Part shown: one piece after another, positions 11,537-24,111 of the stretch
Position numbering within the stretch: the first letter of the stretch is position 1
Layout: each line of letters starts with the position of its first letter
From: Macrostomum hystrix
Taxonomy: Eukaryota; Animalia; Platyhelminthes
Direction: 5' to 3'
DNA length: 64,000 nt
Assembly (NCBI GenBank): GCA_950097015.1
Contig: CATNEN010000014.1
Location: 868,001-932,000 of the forward strand
Notes under the pieces: generated by a model
The model's input: the letters and a program-made list of their open reading frames with translations, nothing else
What the model was told of the DNA's origin: nothing
The model's database searches: none
Position numbers and translations under genes: made by a program

Positions 11537-12709
11537 GCCAGCGAGTTACTTAATTGGCAGGTGTTGTTGCTATGGTGTCGCGGGGAGACACCCCCAATTG
11601 TGCATGCTTCGCAAGTCAAGCACACCTCATAGAGGTCTTTGTGACAACTTTTAAATATTGGCGATTTCAACATTTTTCTAGACAGTGCTTGTGCTTACCA
11701 GGTGAATATTTGCATTCAAATTATGAATTTCAAGTCTTTATTTATATCCATAATCCAACCCCCATACCCCCTCACCCCTTACACTCCTCCCCATTCATAA
11801 TAAAATTAAATCAGCAAAAAAACCAACATTTAATTCCTGTTTCAAGATCGCCGCTAAGCCGCCCCTTGGTAACCAAACGGAATCGAACTCATAAAATCAA
11901 ATCGTCCCGGCGACCCTCAATCCCAAACAACCGTTACACTAAACTGTTTTTGAGTTCACAAACTGTGAATTCGAAGTCATAAATTTTTTCATTTGAAAAA
12001 TACCGCCCGGCGGCGTCGGCAGGGTTCTGCAAACAGATAGGCCGACACCCCATCTGTATATTCCCATGCCTCCTATCTCCACAGTGTCGGCTGTGTCCTC
12101 TGCTGTGGAATAGGCAGCGCCTATAGGCAGAGCAATGGAAAGTGTGGCAAACTAGCGAAAACAAAACGCATACAGATTTGCCAGGCATCCCATCTTTGTA
12201 TTTCCGTGCCTCCTATCTCCACAGTGTCGGCAGGGTTCTGCTATAGCAGGTAGGCCGGCATCCCATCAGTTCATCCCTGCACTGTGACACAGGCACCCAC
12301 CCACCCCATGCCTCCCCACCCTCCAGTCTCGGATTGGACGACACACCCCACCCCACCCCAATGCTTTCCTCCTATCCCATTCCTCCTCTGTTCTGAGATT
12401 TTCGGCGCCCCTCCACACTCCAAAATACACTGGCGAGATAGCCTCCTATCTCCGCAGTGTCGGCAGGGTTCTGCTAACTCCTACTACTTCAACGCAAAGA
12501 GAGACCTAAGTCAAAATATCAGAAGCGCATACAATCCTGAGCCGAGGCCGGACAACGTAATTTTGCGTCACATTGAAAGTTTCCATAACTGAAAAACGAG
12601 CGAACATTTCTATTCAACGTCATTTGTCCTACAAAACATTAGAATTGCATTTAAGTCATTGCATTGTTTGCAAAATTTAAAGGCTGCATTTTCAAACTAA
12701 GGCTGTGAC

Positions 12710-15700
12710 CTAGTAGACGGTGACTGCGGCGGCTGCCAAGCTGGCCAGGCTTACCAGGATGGCGGCGGAAACTCCGCCAGTTCTCTGGCCGTCACTAAAC
12801 GGTCCGGGCGGACCGCTGTCGATGCTGCCACCGTTGCCGGCCAACTGGCAGTCGGGCGGGGCGAATCCTGGCGGACAGTGGCAGTGGCCGCGCGAGTTCA
12901 CGGTGCCACCGTTTTGGCAGGTGACATTGCCAGCCACAGCGGCTCGGTTACGAATCTCCGAGGCGGATTGGCAAGTTCTGTTGAAGCACATTTGCTCGCC
13001 GGTACGGTTTCCGCAACGCGCACCGTCTGGCACTCGATCGGGCGGCCCGGGTACCCGCGGATGGTAGCCGCAAATGGCATTGCCGCAAGGTTCTGGACCT
13101 GTCCCGGTTATATCCGGAACGCAGTTCGCCAAATTCTCAATCGGTTGCACAAAGGTGCCGCACGTTACCATATCACATTCCTTGCTTTTTTTCGGGCACC
13201 AGGAACTCTGCAAGCAGTGGAGAAGTGTGATGTGTTGCTAAAAAGTGAACTAGAAAGCGAATCGGAATCGCTCAAGAAGAGACACAATAAATAGTGAGGT
13301 GAGCTTTACGGCTGACTTAAAAGGCAGTCAATATCGTTTTGCAGGAAAATAAGCAATTCAATCAAAGTGAATAAAAAGGGTTAGTAGTTTTAAGAGCTTC
13401 CGATAATGAGGGAATTCCTCTGACTCACGGCATCGCGTGCCGTCGGTCCCCAGAGTAACTGACACTGAGTCTGGGCGGAGCCGCACAGACCGTTGGCGCA
13501 GAAGTTGCTGCCGCACGGTGTCCCGTCTCTGGCAGCGAAATCGGCAGGGCAGGTTGAGTCGACGCCGTTACAGAATTCCGGCAGGTCGCATTGTCCTTTG
13601 GCGGCGCGGCAAACGGTGCCAGTCGGGCGCGGCTGACAGACCGTCAAGTCGCAGCAGCGCCCTGCGGCGCAGGCAGCGGATTCGGCCAGCTTGCAGGAGG
13701 TGGCGTTGCAGCAGTCGTTGCCTCTGTGAAACGATTGGTGAGCAGATAACTAACGACTTGTTTGCTACCTCTGACACAAAGCTCGAGACTTTGGATCTTG
13801 TTAGTTTCGAAATAGATGAAAGAGTTGTAGAAAAAAGAATCGATATTGCACGAAATTCACTTGGCACCGCCGAAGCTATTGCGCAGCGCTTCCAAATCAT
13901 GTGTACAGCTGTTCAGTCCGTGGACTGAGTGCTGCCACTCCTACCGAATTTTTCACGCCAGCAGATGCTGCTAGTCAATTTACAGCTGGGTGAAATGACG
14001 CAATGAGGGAATTGATTTAAGCGTCTGGCTCAGAGACACAGGTTATTTTCTTCGGGCTGCGATTCGAACTCCCGAACTACTCACACGGAGTTGCCTTTCA
14101 ATGTGCAGCAGTCACTTTTTGTAGGCACTCGTTTTTTAAAACACACACGACACGCAAAACTCCTAAAATAGCTCGTAGGAAGAATTGGCAGAGCACAAAA
14201 TGAACAATTGCAAGAGGGCTGCGGGCAATGGCACATCATTTGGCGACACCAGACCTGCAGCCAGCGAGGAGACAATTCGGCCCATTTCGCTGACTCCTGA
14301 GCACACCTACTCACACAGGTGTGTACATCTGCAATCAATTTCTCATCATCAGGCAGTGTACACTGTCACTGTGCCTTGGAGGTTGGCCCCCAAAGGCGCA
14401 AATTGCACTACAAGCCCCAAGCCTAATCTCCGCGGCTGCGGCCCAAATGAATGAGGCCTCACCATGGAATCGAGCTCAGGGAGCTTGGTGCGAGAGGCAA
14501 GCGCTTTAGACCGCTCTGCCACTCACTCACCCCGCAAGTGGGATTCTACAACGTAATTAATAGGTGAAAGTAATTCTAACCTGAGTTGTTCGGCAGCCAA
14601 GTGAAAAGTGAAGAATCCCAAGATTGGGTCAGATTCAAGAAGTCAAATCCCAGTTGACTGAGTACCCTGACCTACACATCCCCTTTAACGCCAGGACAAC
14701 CGACATCGCCACCGCAGTCGCAGTCCTCGCCGGGTTCCAGAAGGCCGTTGCCGCAGACCGCTGTTGGCCAATCCCGGGCTACTGGCAGGCGAAGCCCGCC
14801 CGGATAGTCAGCCTCCGGTCTCGGCCACAGCAGGCAGTGACGGACGCCGGAATCCAGGAAGCCCAGCAGGGCTTTCTTTGAGCAGTCCGACCAGCCGAAG
14901 TTGTTCCAATCGATGCCATTCATCTTTTCGTGGCTCATCATCATGCAGGCTGATTGGTCACACTTGCATTGGCCTGGGTATTTGTTATCGTATTCGACGC
15001 CAAGGTTGTATGCCAGGTTCTGTGTCATTATCACCCCGGTGGAGGCGGAGTAGCTCTTCTGACGAGACTGGCGTGGGCAGTCGGAGATATTCGGAATATT
15101 AAATGCTTTATGTGAACCAAGATTAGGGAGGCTGGGGAACCAGGATTTGGGAGCCTGCGGAACAGAGATTAGGGAGACTGGGAACAGAGATTAGGGAGAC
15201 TGGGAACAGAGATTAGGGAGGCTGGGAACAGAGATTAGGGAGACTGGGAACAGAGATTAGGGAGACTGGGAACAGAGATTAGGGAGACTTGGGAACAGAG
15301 ATTAGGGAGACTCGGGAACAGAGATTAGGGAGACTGCGGAACCCAGTATAGGGAGGCTGGTGGGATAGATTTTGGGGAGGCTGTGGGATAAAGAATTGGG
15401 AGACTGGAGATCCAGCGAGGAATTGAAAGCGAGGGTACTGGTCTCCTAATGCATTCTAATATAGGGATTAGTGTCCTCTGCTGGAAGCCAGTTTGCTAGT
15501 TACTTACGAGGCTAAAACCAACGCACTCTCCCCATTTGCACATGCTATTCTTAGTGGCTTCGCCTGTCCAGTCGATGGGATCGGGATTTCCGGCTCTGAA
15601 ATTTGAGTTGATAAAGGTTTTACTATAATTTTTGGCTATGCACTCGTAATTTTTTACCCGACAAAGTATTGTCGATAAGAGAGTCTGGTCGACTGGAGTC

Positions 15701-18700
15701 TTTTGGATAAGAGAGTCTGGTCGACTGGAGTCTTTTGGATAAGAGAGTCTGGTAGACTGGAGTCTTTTGGATAAGAGAGTCTGGTAGACTGGATTGTTTT
15801 GGATAAGACAGTCTGGTCGATTGGAGTCTTTTGGATAAGAGAGTCTGGTATAGATTAAACCATTGTCAATAAGATAGGAGTCTTTTGTAGAAGGCAATGT
15901 GCTATCGGCTGTAGTCTTGCACATAGACAGTGAGCACTCAAGGCTATCCAATCAGCTCACGTAAGCACGTGCACACAGTCGTGGTCCAGTCCCTTTCTAT
16001 CGTTCCTCGTTTCTCGGATGGTATCTCGATAATTCGTCCAATCTTCTCGCTGCCAATTCGCGTTTTCCATGCCAATTCCGATAATTTCCAGCGCGCTGAC
16101 TACTACATAAATGTCGAAGCGGCGAAATAACTGCAGAAATAGCGAAAAGATTCCTCTTGTACTGCTTTAAAAAAATTACTTTTATAAATGTAAATTGTAT
16201 CACCTGTTAGACATGGGTATCACCTGTTAGACATGGCTATCACCTGTTAGACATAAGTGTCACCTGTTAGACATGGCTATCACCTGTTAGACATGGGTAT
16301 CACCTGTAAGACATGGGTATCACCTGTTAGACATGGGTATCACCTGTTAGACATGGGTATCACCTGTTAGACATGGGTATCACCTGCTAGACATGGGTAT
16401 CACCTGTTGGACATGGGTATCACCTGTTAGACATGGGTATCACCTGTTAGACATGTGAATCACCTGTTAGACACTATACTCACGTTGTTGACGATTCCAA
16501 TAATGCTCTGTACCGCATGAATCACAGCCGATGAGCTCCCGGAGTGCATCTTGTACTGCAATGAGAAGTGAGCAGCTGGACCATTACTCTAGTAAAGTTT
16601 TTTTGGACCTAAATAAGGCCACATTTTTTCACATCGGAAACGCTAATCATTGCTAAGGCCCTCTAGTATCCATGGTTACCCTTAATGGCAACCAAAATAT
16701 CTCTAAAAGTTACACATTAATTTAATTTAATTTAATTTAATTTAAATTACACATAAATTAACAACTGTTAATTTAAATTGTTCTAATGATTATAATATGG
16801 ATATCGATAGTTATAAATAAAAAAACTAATTAACTTCGAATACGAATTTAAATGTATTGAATAATTCATCACCTTGTCACAGAAAAAAACCGGAGTGGGT
16901 CAAATGAGTCCACGTTGTGCTTAATTTGCATAGCATCTCGCACATCATTAGAATCTCGAGCTACGAGCAAGCAAATCAGTTTGCAATATTAAAAACTGTC
17001 TTGACCACTTTACTTCGATTGCCTCGCCTAATGTCTATGGTACACCCACATGACCTGGCCTAATGTCTATGGTACACCCACATGACCTGGCCTAATGTCT
17101 ATGGTACACCCACATGACCTGGCCTAATGTCTATGGTACACCCACATGACCTGGCCTAATGTCTATGGTACACCCACATGACCTGGCCTAATGTCTATGG
17201 TACACCCACATGACCTGGCCTAATGTCTATGGTACACCCACATGACCTGGCCTAATGTCTATGGTACACCCACATGACCTGGCCTAATGTCAATGCTTCT
17301 CCCTCAAGTCTTTCCAAAGCTAGTCGCTACTGTTATTATATGCTATATTAACATCAAATTATAAATGTTACACTCACAAACCGATAGTCTGCGATGATGT
17401 AGAGCTGCATAATGAATGGGCCGTCACGACTGAGCACCTTCCTGCTCTGGTCCAGCTTTATGGACCGCATATCGAACTTTTCGGAGCGCCGGTGCCTCTG
17501 TATTTGAGTTTTGAACAAGCAAAGGCGAGTAGAATTAACGGAATTGATTCAGTCAGTCTGTCTGTGTTAGCTTGATCAGTCCATGGACTGGGTGCCGTCA
17601 CACTCACTCAAATTTCTATCCGAGCTAATGCTGCTAATGCTGCTAATGCGGTTAGGAGTCCGAAACTCTGCGCCAAAACCTCATGAGCATACGCTTTCAA
17701 TGTTGGGTCACCAAGAAGCATAGGATTTGCAAAGCTAAGCCTCATCTATATAACTCTTGATTTTTAACTGGCTAACATGATCAAGCTGAACAGCAACTTG
17801 ACACTTGAATGGCACCAGTCATAAATACTTTTGCTATTCTGCCCCATTCTATCTGTTGGTCAGCTTTATCAACAATGGGAACAGCCATCCATCTGACATT
17901 ATCCTTAATCCTTGAGATATAGAATAGTGACTCATAGAATAATTAGTCACTTTCAAAATTGGGCTCTTGAACTCTATTAATCCAAATAATGGCTTACCTG
18001 TAATAAAACGCTGCCACCAAGCATTTTGGTCAGTTGCTGTGGACTTACTGGAAGTTATGGTGAACCCCATCTACTTATTCATTGAGCATCTCAATATATT
18101 TCTAAAGTGATGTAAATGAAAGCAAAAATCATACTCACGTGCAGCAATCCGCTTATTCAGCACATCATAGGCCGATTCCAATGCTTGACGCTGCTTCCAA
18201 CCGACACTTGAAGGATACAAGTTGAGCTGGTACACCTGCCAGCTTGAGTCACGCAGCCGCATGCGATGCCCGGTGGCTTGAATATAGCCCAGGTGAGTGA
18301 TGTTGATTGACAGCGTGCCACTGTCAATGAGGGTTTGATTCAGCTGCCCGGGTAAATGATCTGCATGGCTGTCTGTTCTGGGCTGTCTGTTCTGGGGTGT
18401 CTGTTCTGGGGTGTCTGTTCTGGGCTGTCTGATCTGGGTTGTCTGTTCTGGGGTGTCTGTTCTGGGCTGTCTTTTCTGGGGTGTCTGTTTTGGGGTGTCT
18501 GTTCTAGGGTGTCTGTTCTGTGGTGTCTGTTCTGGACTGACAGTTCTAGGCTGTCTGTTCTGGGGTGTCTGATTTGGGTTGTGTATTTCTGGGGTGTCTG
18601 ATCTCGGGAGTCAGCTCTGCATGGCTTTCTGTTCTGGGCTGTCTGTTCTGGGCTGTCTGTTCTGGGGTGTCTGTTCTAGGGTGTCTGTTCTGTAGTGTCT

Positions 18701-20363
18701 GTTCTGAGGTGTGTGTATCTGGGGTGTCTTTTCTGGGGTGTCTGTTCTAGGGTGTCTGATCTGGGTTGTCTGTTCTAGGGTGTCTGTTCTGGGCTGTCTT
18801 TTCTGGGGTGTCTGTTCTGGGCTGTCTGTTCTGGGGTGTCTGATCTGGGGTGTCTGTTCTAGGGTGTCTGTTCTGTAGTGTCTGTTCTGAGGTGTGTGTA
18901 TCTGGGGTGTCTTTTCTGGGGTGTCTGTTCTAGGGTGTCTGATCTGGGTTGTCTGTTCTAGGGTGTCTGTTCTGGGCTGTCTTTTTTGGGGTGTCTGTTC
19001 TGGGCTGTCTGTTCTGGGGTGTCTGATCTGGGCTGTCTGTTCTGGGCTGTCTGTTCTGGGCTGTCTGTTCTGGGGTGTCTGTTCTGGGCTGTCTGTTCTG
19101 AGCGTCTGTTCTGGGCTGTCTGTTCTGGGTGTCTGTTCTGGGGCGTCTGATCTGGGGTGTTTGTATCCTGGGTGTCTGATCTGGGGTGTCTGCTCTGGGG
19201 TGCCTGCTCTAAGGTGTCTGCTCTGGGATGTCTGAACTGCATGGCTGTCTATTCTGGGCTGTCTTCTGGGTGTCTGATCTGTGGTGTCTGCTCTCGGGTA
19301 TCTGATCTGGGGCTTCTGCTCTGGGGTATTTGATCTAGGGTGTCTGCTCTGGGGTATTTGATCTCGGGTGTCTGATCTGAGGTGTCTGTTAATTCTGGGG
19401 TGTCTGATCTGCATATCTGTATGTTCTTGAGTGTCTGTTCTGGGTGTCCGTTCTCACCGCAGCAGGTCAGAGCAGAGTGACACAAGGCCTGGCTGAGTCA
19501 CATTGCCCAACTGGGCAGTCCCAGACTCAATCGGCCACGCTGAGTAGTGGCACTGAGAGCGATGTCGCGATTTGCTGGCCCGGGATCGACTCCCCACGAT
19601 TCGAACTGGGAACTCTTCAGGTCTGGAAAAGTATTTAACAAAGAGCTGCTACAAAGAGGCTTGCAGCAATAGGTCGTATTCGAGCTTCATCAAAAAGTAT
19701 AAAAGTGCATTTGTGCTTACCTTCCCACCGCCAGGTAGAATGAGAACCGGCGCAGCGATGGCATAGCAACAATCTCTAAGACCAAATTTCTGCCGATTTT
19801 CTGAAGCGGTAAAATCGAACTCACAATTTTGAAAACATTGAAACAATTTCAAGGCTCCGGTGTGTACCAGCTGGCACAGCCTTCTGTCGAAATGGTTTCC
19901 GGGAATTTGAAGCATTTGCACCAAGCCAAACCCCTCCAGCTCACGAACAGATGATGAAACAGTCATGTCATTAATGTAAAATTTAGTTCAATCATTTTAG
20001 ATTTTGCTTACCCGGCTTGGCTGAACTTCCTGACCATCGTTGGCCTGAAATGTTCTCACCTTGGCCAGCAAGGTTAATGGCCTGGTTGAGTCCGCTGAAA
20101 TTGCAGTTGAGAAGGCTAGAAATTCAGTGGCAATCATTGCTTTTGTAGCTCTCCAGCTTGTATTTTGTAAAATATGCTCGCTAATTACTTTTGAATTGTG
20201 TTGTCATTTCAAATAATGCATTTAAAACTGAGCACACTCAAAATAGTTAAAAGGATTGTGAGTACTCACCAATTGCGCAGTTGGAACACAGCAGGATGAT
20301 AAATTTAGCTATAAATGTGATACAAAGAAGGCTATGGAGTTCACTGGCATGACTTATTGGCAT
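12710..20363 (-). CDS. ADAM/reprolysin-like protein, copy 2 (signal, prodomain, degenerate metalloprotease, disintegrin, Cys-rich, EGF, C-terminal hydrophobic tail)
   Basis: Exons 20363-20270 (signal), candidate 18235-18139, 17497-17378 (RHRR), 16555-16484, 16130-15961, 15622-15508, 15067-14676 (TQNLAYNLGVEYD; CGNGLLEPGEDCDCG), 13723-13429 (disintegrin CCNATSCKL..CRAAKGQCDLPEFCNG), 13207-12710 (Cys-rich, EGF CQNGGTVNSRGHCHCPPGFAPPDC, hydrophobic tail, TAG). Intron phases match from 17497 to the stop. Confidence 0.88.
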
Positions 20364-20555
20364 GTTTACACAAAAAGTTGTAGCGATTCAACCAGTGGAA
20401 TAGTCAATCGTCAATATATATATAATTCCTGCCATTTGAAACCCGATGTATATAGTTTCAGGATTGGAAAGGCTCATAGACTAAAACAGCGGGCACGGAA
20501 AGTCGATTTGTGCCCGCTGCCGGGGGATTTCGTCTATGTCCAAAGCTCCGGAAAG
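13782..20555. repeat. Segmental/tandem duplication, unit 2
   Basis: Colinear near-identical copy of 1-7450, differing in array copy numbers and small indels (e.g. ~220-bp AT-rich insert near 16700-16920; no 19-bp array). Confidence 0.95.
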
Positions 20556-23500
20556 CTGTTCATATTGCTGCATTGAAGAGAGACGTGGATGCACCGGACT
20601 AGAGCTGAGAGACCTGCAGTGTGATCTTATTCTGACTGAAACATGCTCGATTTCGATAAGATAGCAACAGGCGATATTAGTGGCTAGTTAGTGGCTAGTT
20701 GTGAGTATGTCTGTTCTGGGACACCATGTTTTTCCGCCTTTGTACATAACACTAATAACTATAAACAGTAACCCAGCCATGGTGATGAAAAAACCCGAAC
20801 CGAATAAAAAGCAAAGCCAAGAAATTGTTGTGTATAGACTGACTGAGTGCTAAATATTGTTATGAGATATTTACTTGTACTGCCACATCAGCTGCCCTTA
20901 GAGGACGCAGTCACGTTCGTCGCAGCACTGCGCGAGCTGTCAGCCACCTGCAACTACGGAGCAACGGCTGAAGAGATGATTCGCGACCAGCTGGCCCAGA
21001 AGACCAGCAGCAGCCGGATTTGTGAGCGCCTGCTGACTGAGGACGCCGCCAGCCTGACACTGGACCAAGCCATCGTGATCGCGACGACTATCGAGGAGGC
21101 AGCAGCAAGTAGCAAGGCGATGGCAGAAGCTGGCTCTTCAGGGAACGTCCAGGCTGTGCAGGAGGCCAGACTCCGAGGTCACCACGGCGCTCCGTCCAAG
21201 AAGAAGCCGGGGCAGCAAGCCGGAGATCCTGCCAGCGATGCGGCCGTAGCCATGATGCAAAAACCTGCGGCAAACAACTGTGCAACAACTGCGGCAAACT
21301 GAATCACTTCAGCCGATGCTGCCGCAGCAATGAAATGTAGGTCAGCGCAGAAGAGTAGCAGCGCAGCAGAGATCTACGTAGTCCACGGCAACGACCAGGT
21401 CCGCGCCGAGCTTCAGCTTGGCAGCATCCGAAAGATCGTCAGCCTGATGGTCGACTGCGGTGCCAAGGTGTCTCCGCCACTGCGCGAAGCTTGGGCGACA
21501 TTCACCTAAGACCGTCGTAGATGAGGCTACGAGCCTACGGCGGGAAGCTGATCGCTCTAGCTGGGATCGCAACAGTGCCCGTCAAGCACCACAGCCGGGA
21601 GCTCCAGCACGACTTCTACGTCACGAAGTCTGGCGAGAACCTCATCGGCTGCGACCTGATGGAGAAGCTGGGCTTCCACGTGCAACTGCAGCCGCCAGCT
21701 GAGATCGACGCCGAGATCGCCAGCGTCGACATCGAGCGAGAGCTCGCAACGGTCTTCAGCGGCTCGATCGGTCTCTGCAAGGGCGCAGTGAACAAAATGC
21801 AAGGTCTGTATCGCTACTGCAGGGTGCCGTTCAGCCTTGCTTCGGCAACGGCGGCATTCCAGAGGATGCTGGACGACCTGGTGTCTGATCTGCACGGTGT
21901 TGAGCACATCCTGGACGACTTCATCGTCTTCGGAGCAACTGAAGCCGAGCACGACTCGAGGCTGCGAGCACTGCTGAAGCGATTGGAGGACGCCGGTCTC
22001 ACTGCCAACAAGGACAAGTGCCAGCTGTGGAGGACTGAGATTGAGTTCTTTGGCTTCATCTTCTCAGCCGACGGCATGCGACAGTCTGAGAGTCAGACCA
22101 AGGCCTTAGCGAGTTGCGCGCGCCGACCGACAGGAAGGAGCTGCAGGCGTTCCTGGGATCCGTCAACTATCTGATGCGGTTCGTGCCCAACTTCGCTGAG
22201 GTCACGGCGCCACTGCGGCCTCTGCTGAAAAGCGACGCGGTGTTCGAATGGTCGACGGAGTGCGAGAAGGCATTCGAGACACTAAAAGCGACAATCTGCA
22301 GTCCGCCGGTCCTAGCTCACTTCGACCCAGGGGCCGAGACGATCGTCACTAGCGACGCCAGTTCAGAGTCCCTCCCAGGTCCAAGATGGCATCGAGAGGC
22401 CGATCGCCTTCGCAGCCCGAGCCCTGACCGAGACGGAGAAGCGATACGCAGCGAACGAGCGAGAGGCGCTGGCGAGCCTGTGGGCCATGGAGAAGTGGCA
22501 CTACTACCTGTACGGGCGCCATTTCGAGCTGCGGACCGACCACCAAGCGCTGCGCCAGCTCCTGCTGGGACCCAGCGGCACCGGACATCGGCCGCTGCAC
22601 ATCCACCGGTGGTGCGACCGGTTTCAACAGTACGACTTCCACGTGCGATACCTGCCGGACAACCGCAACTTCGTGGCCGACATGCTGTCAAGGTGGAGCT
22701 GTGGGTCCGACATGAATATCGTCCAGCTACCGGACACTGCGATGCCTCCAGTACGGGTTGTTACCCCGCAGCAGCTAGCGATAGCCACAGCCGAAGATGC
22801 GGTTCGGCGACAGGTGATTCAGCACGTCACAAGCGGCAAGTGGAGCTCTACACCGGATAGCGAGCTGCAGCCGTACTTCAAGGTCCGCGAGCACCTTGCA
22901 GCGTCTGGTAGGACGGCGCCTGCCTGGCTTTCCAAGAACGAGTCGTCATTCCCCAGCAGCTGCGGCGCGAGCTTCTGGGGGCGGCGCATTCTGGACATCC
23001 AGGGGTGGTGCGCACCAAGCAGCAGCTCCGCGAGTTCGCCTGGTGGCCAAAGATGGACGCCGACTTCGAGACGTTCGTCCGGGACTGCAGCGCGTGCGAG
23101 ACAGCGGAGAAGAATTTCAAGCTGCGACCGGCTCCACTGCAGCCTCTGCCATGGCCGACTACACCGTAGACAGAGGTCGACATCGACATCGTGGTCGAGC
23201 TGCAGGCGGCACTGGCATCATCACGCTTCCTACTGGTCATTACGGATCTGCACAGCAAGTGGCCGGAGGTCTTTGCAACTTCGAGCATCACCACTGAGAC
23301 GATCTACAAGGTGCTACGCAGCCTTTTCGCACACTTGGGCCTCTGCGAGAAAGTCCTCACTGACAACGGACCACAGTTCGGCGATGTCTTCACTGGATTT
23401 CTGAGGAATCGGGGCATCCCTAGTAAAAAAAACATGGAAAACTTACTAAGTCAACCAAAGTATTTGCGTACTTGAAAGTACTACTAAGTTTACAAAGTGG

Positions 23501-24111
23501 AACTAATAATACTTACACTGTAATCAATGATACGTACAAAGTACTTTCCAAGTAGTACATTTCATCAAAGACAGAGTTAACTTACTAAGTACTTAAGTAA
23601 ATACTTAGCAAGTGCGGCATTTTCATCAGAAGAGGGTATCAACTTGCAAAGTAGTTTACTAAGTACTTGGCAAGTGGGCCACTTTCCTTCCAAATTGTTT
23701 TAAAAACAATATTAAAAGTTTTTCTCCGCTTAATAGTGACCAACTGCTTTTGCTTGAGTGTTTTTCTGTTCTTTTTTAAAGAAAGCAATGTTTTTCTGTT
23801 TTTAGTAAAAAGTGTTGTTTTTTGTGGTAATGAAGTACCAGAAAATGTTAAATTAGCTATTTTGCTAACCCCAATTAAAATAACAATGTTAACAAAGACA
23901 CGACAAGAGTAATAAAAATTGTAATTTGATTCTTTAGGATAAAGAGTTGCATAAAATTTATATTTTACTTTCCCGTTTTTTATTTTTGTCGTTATTTGTC
24001 GTTTTCCGCCATGTTTTGTACTATTTTAAATGTTTTTCTTGTAATGAAATTATTGGTCGGTGGTCGCCATTTAAAATGAATTGTAAGTCGTTTTGAAGGG
24101 CTGCAGCTTAA

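Larger units (their letters stand above)
8464..12488. mobile_element. Non-autonomous Polinton/Maverick-like element (4025 bp)
   Basis: Begins AGTAGTAGGAG and ends CTCCTACTACT. 280-bp TIRs at 8464-8743 and 12209-12488. Exact 6-bp TSD TCAACG at 8458-8463 and 12489-12494. No pPolB, integrase or capsid ORF. Confidence 0.85.

Noticed and set aside
20572-20810. ~240-bp insert in copy 2 flanked by GCA and ending AATAAAAA
   Set aside because: A 3-bp match is too weak to call a TSD, and no family features were recognised.
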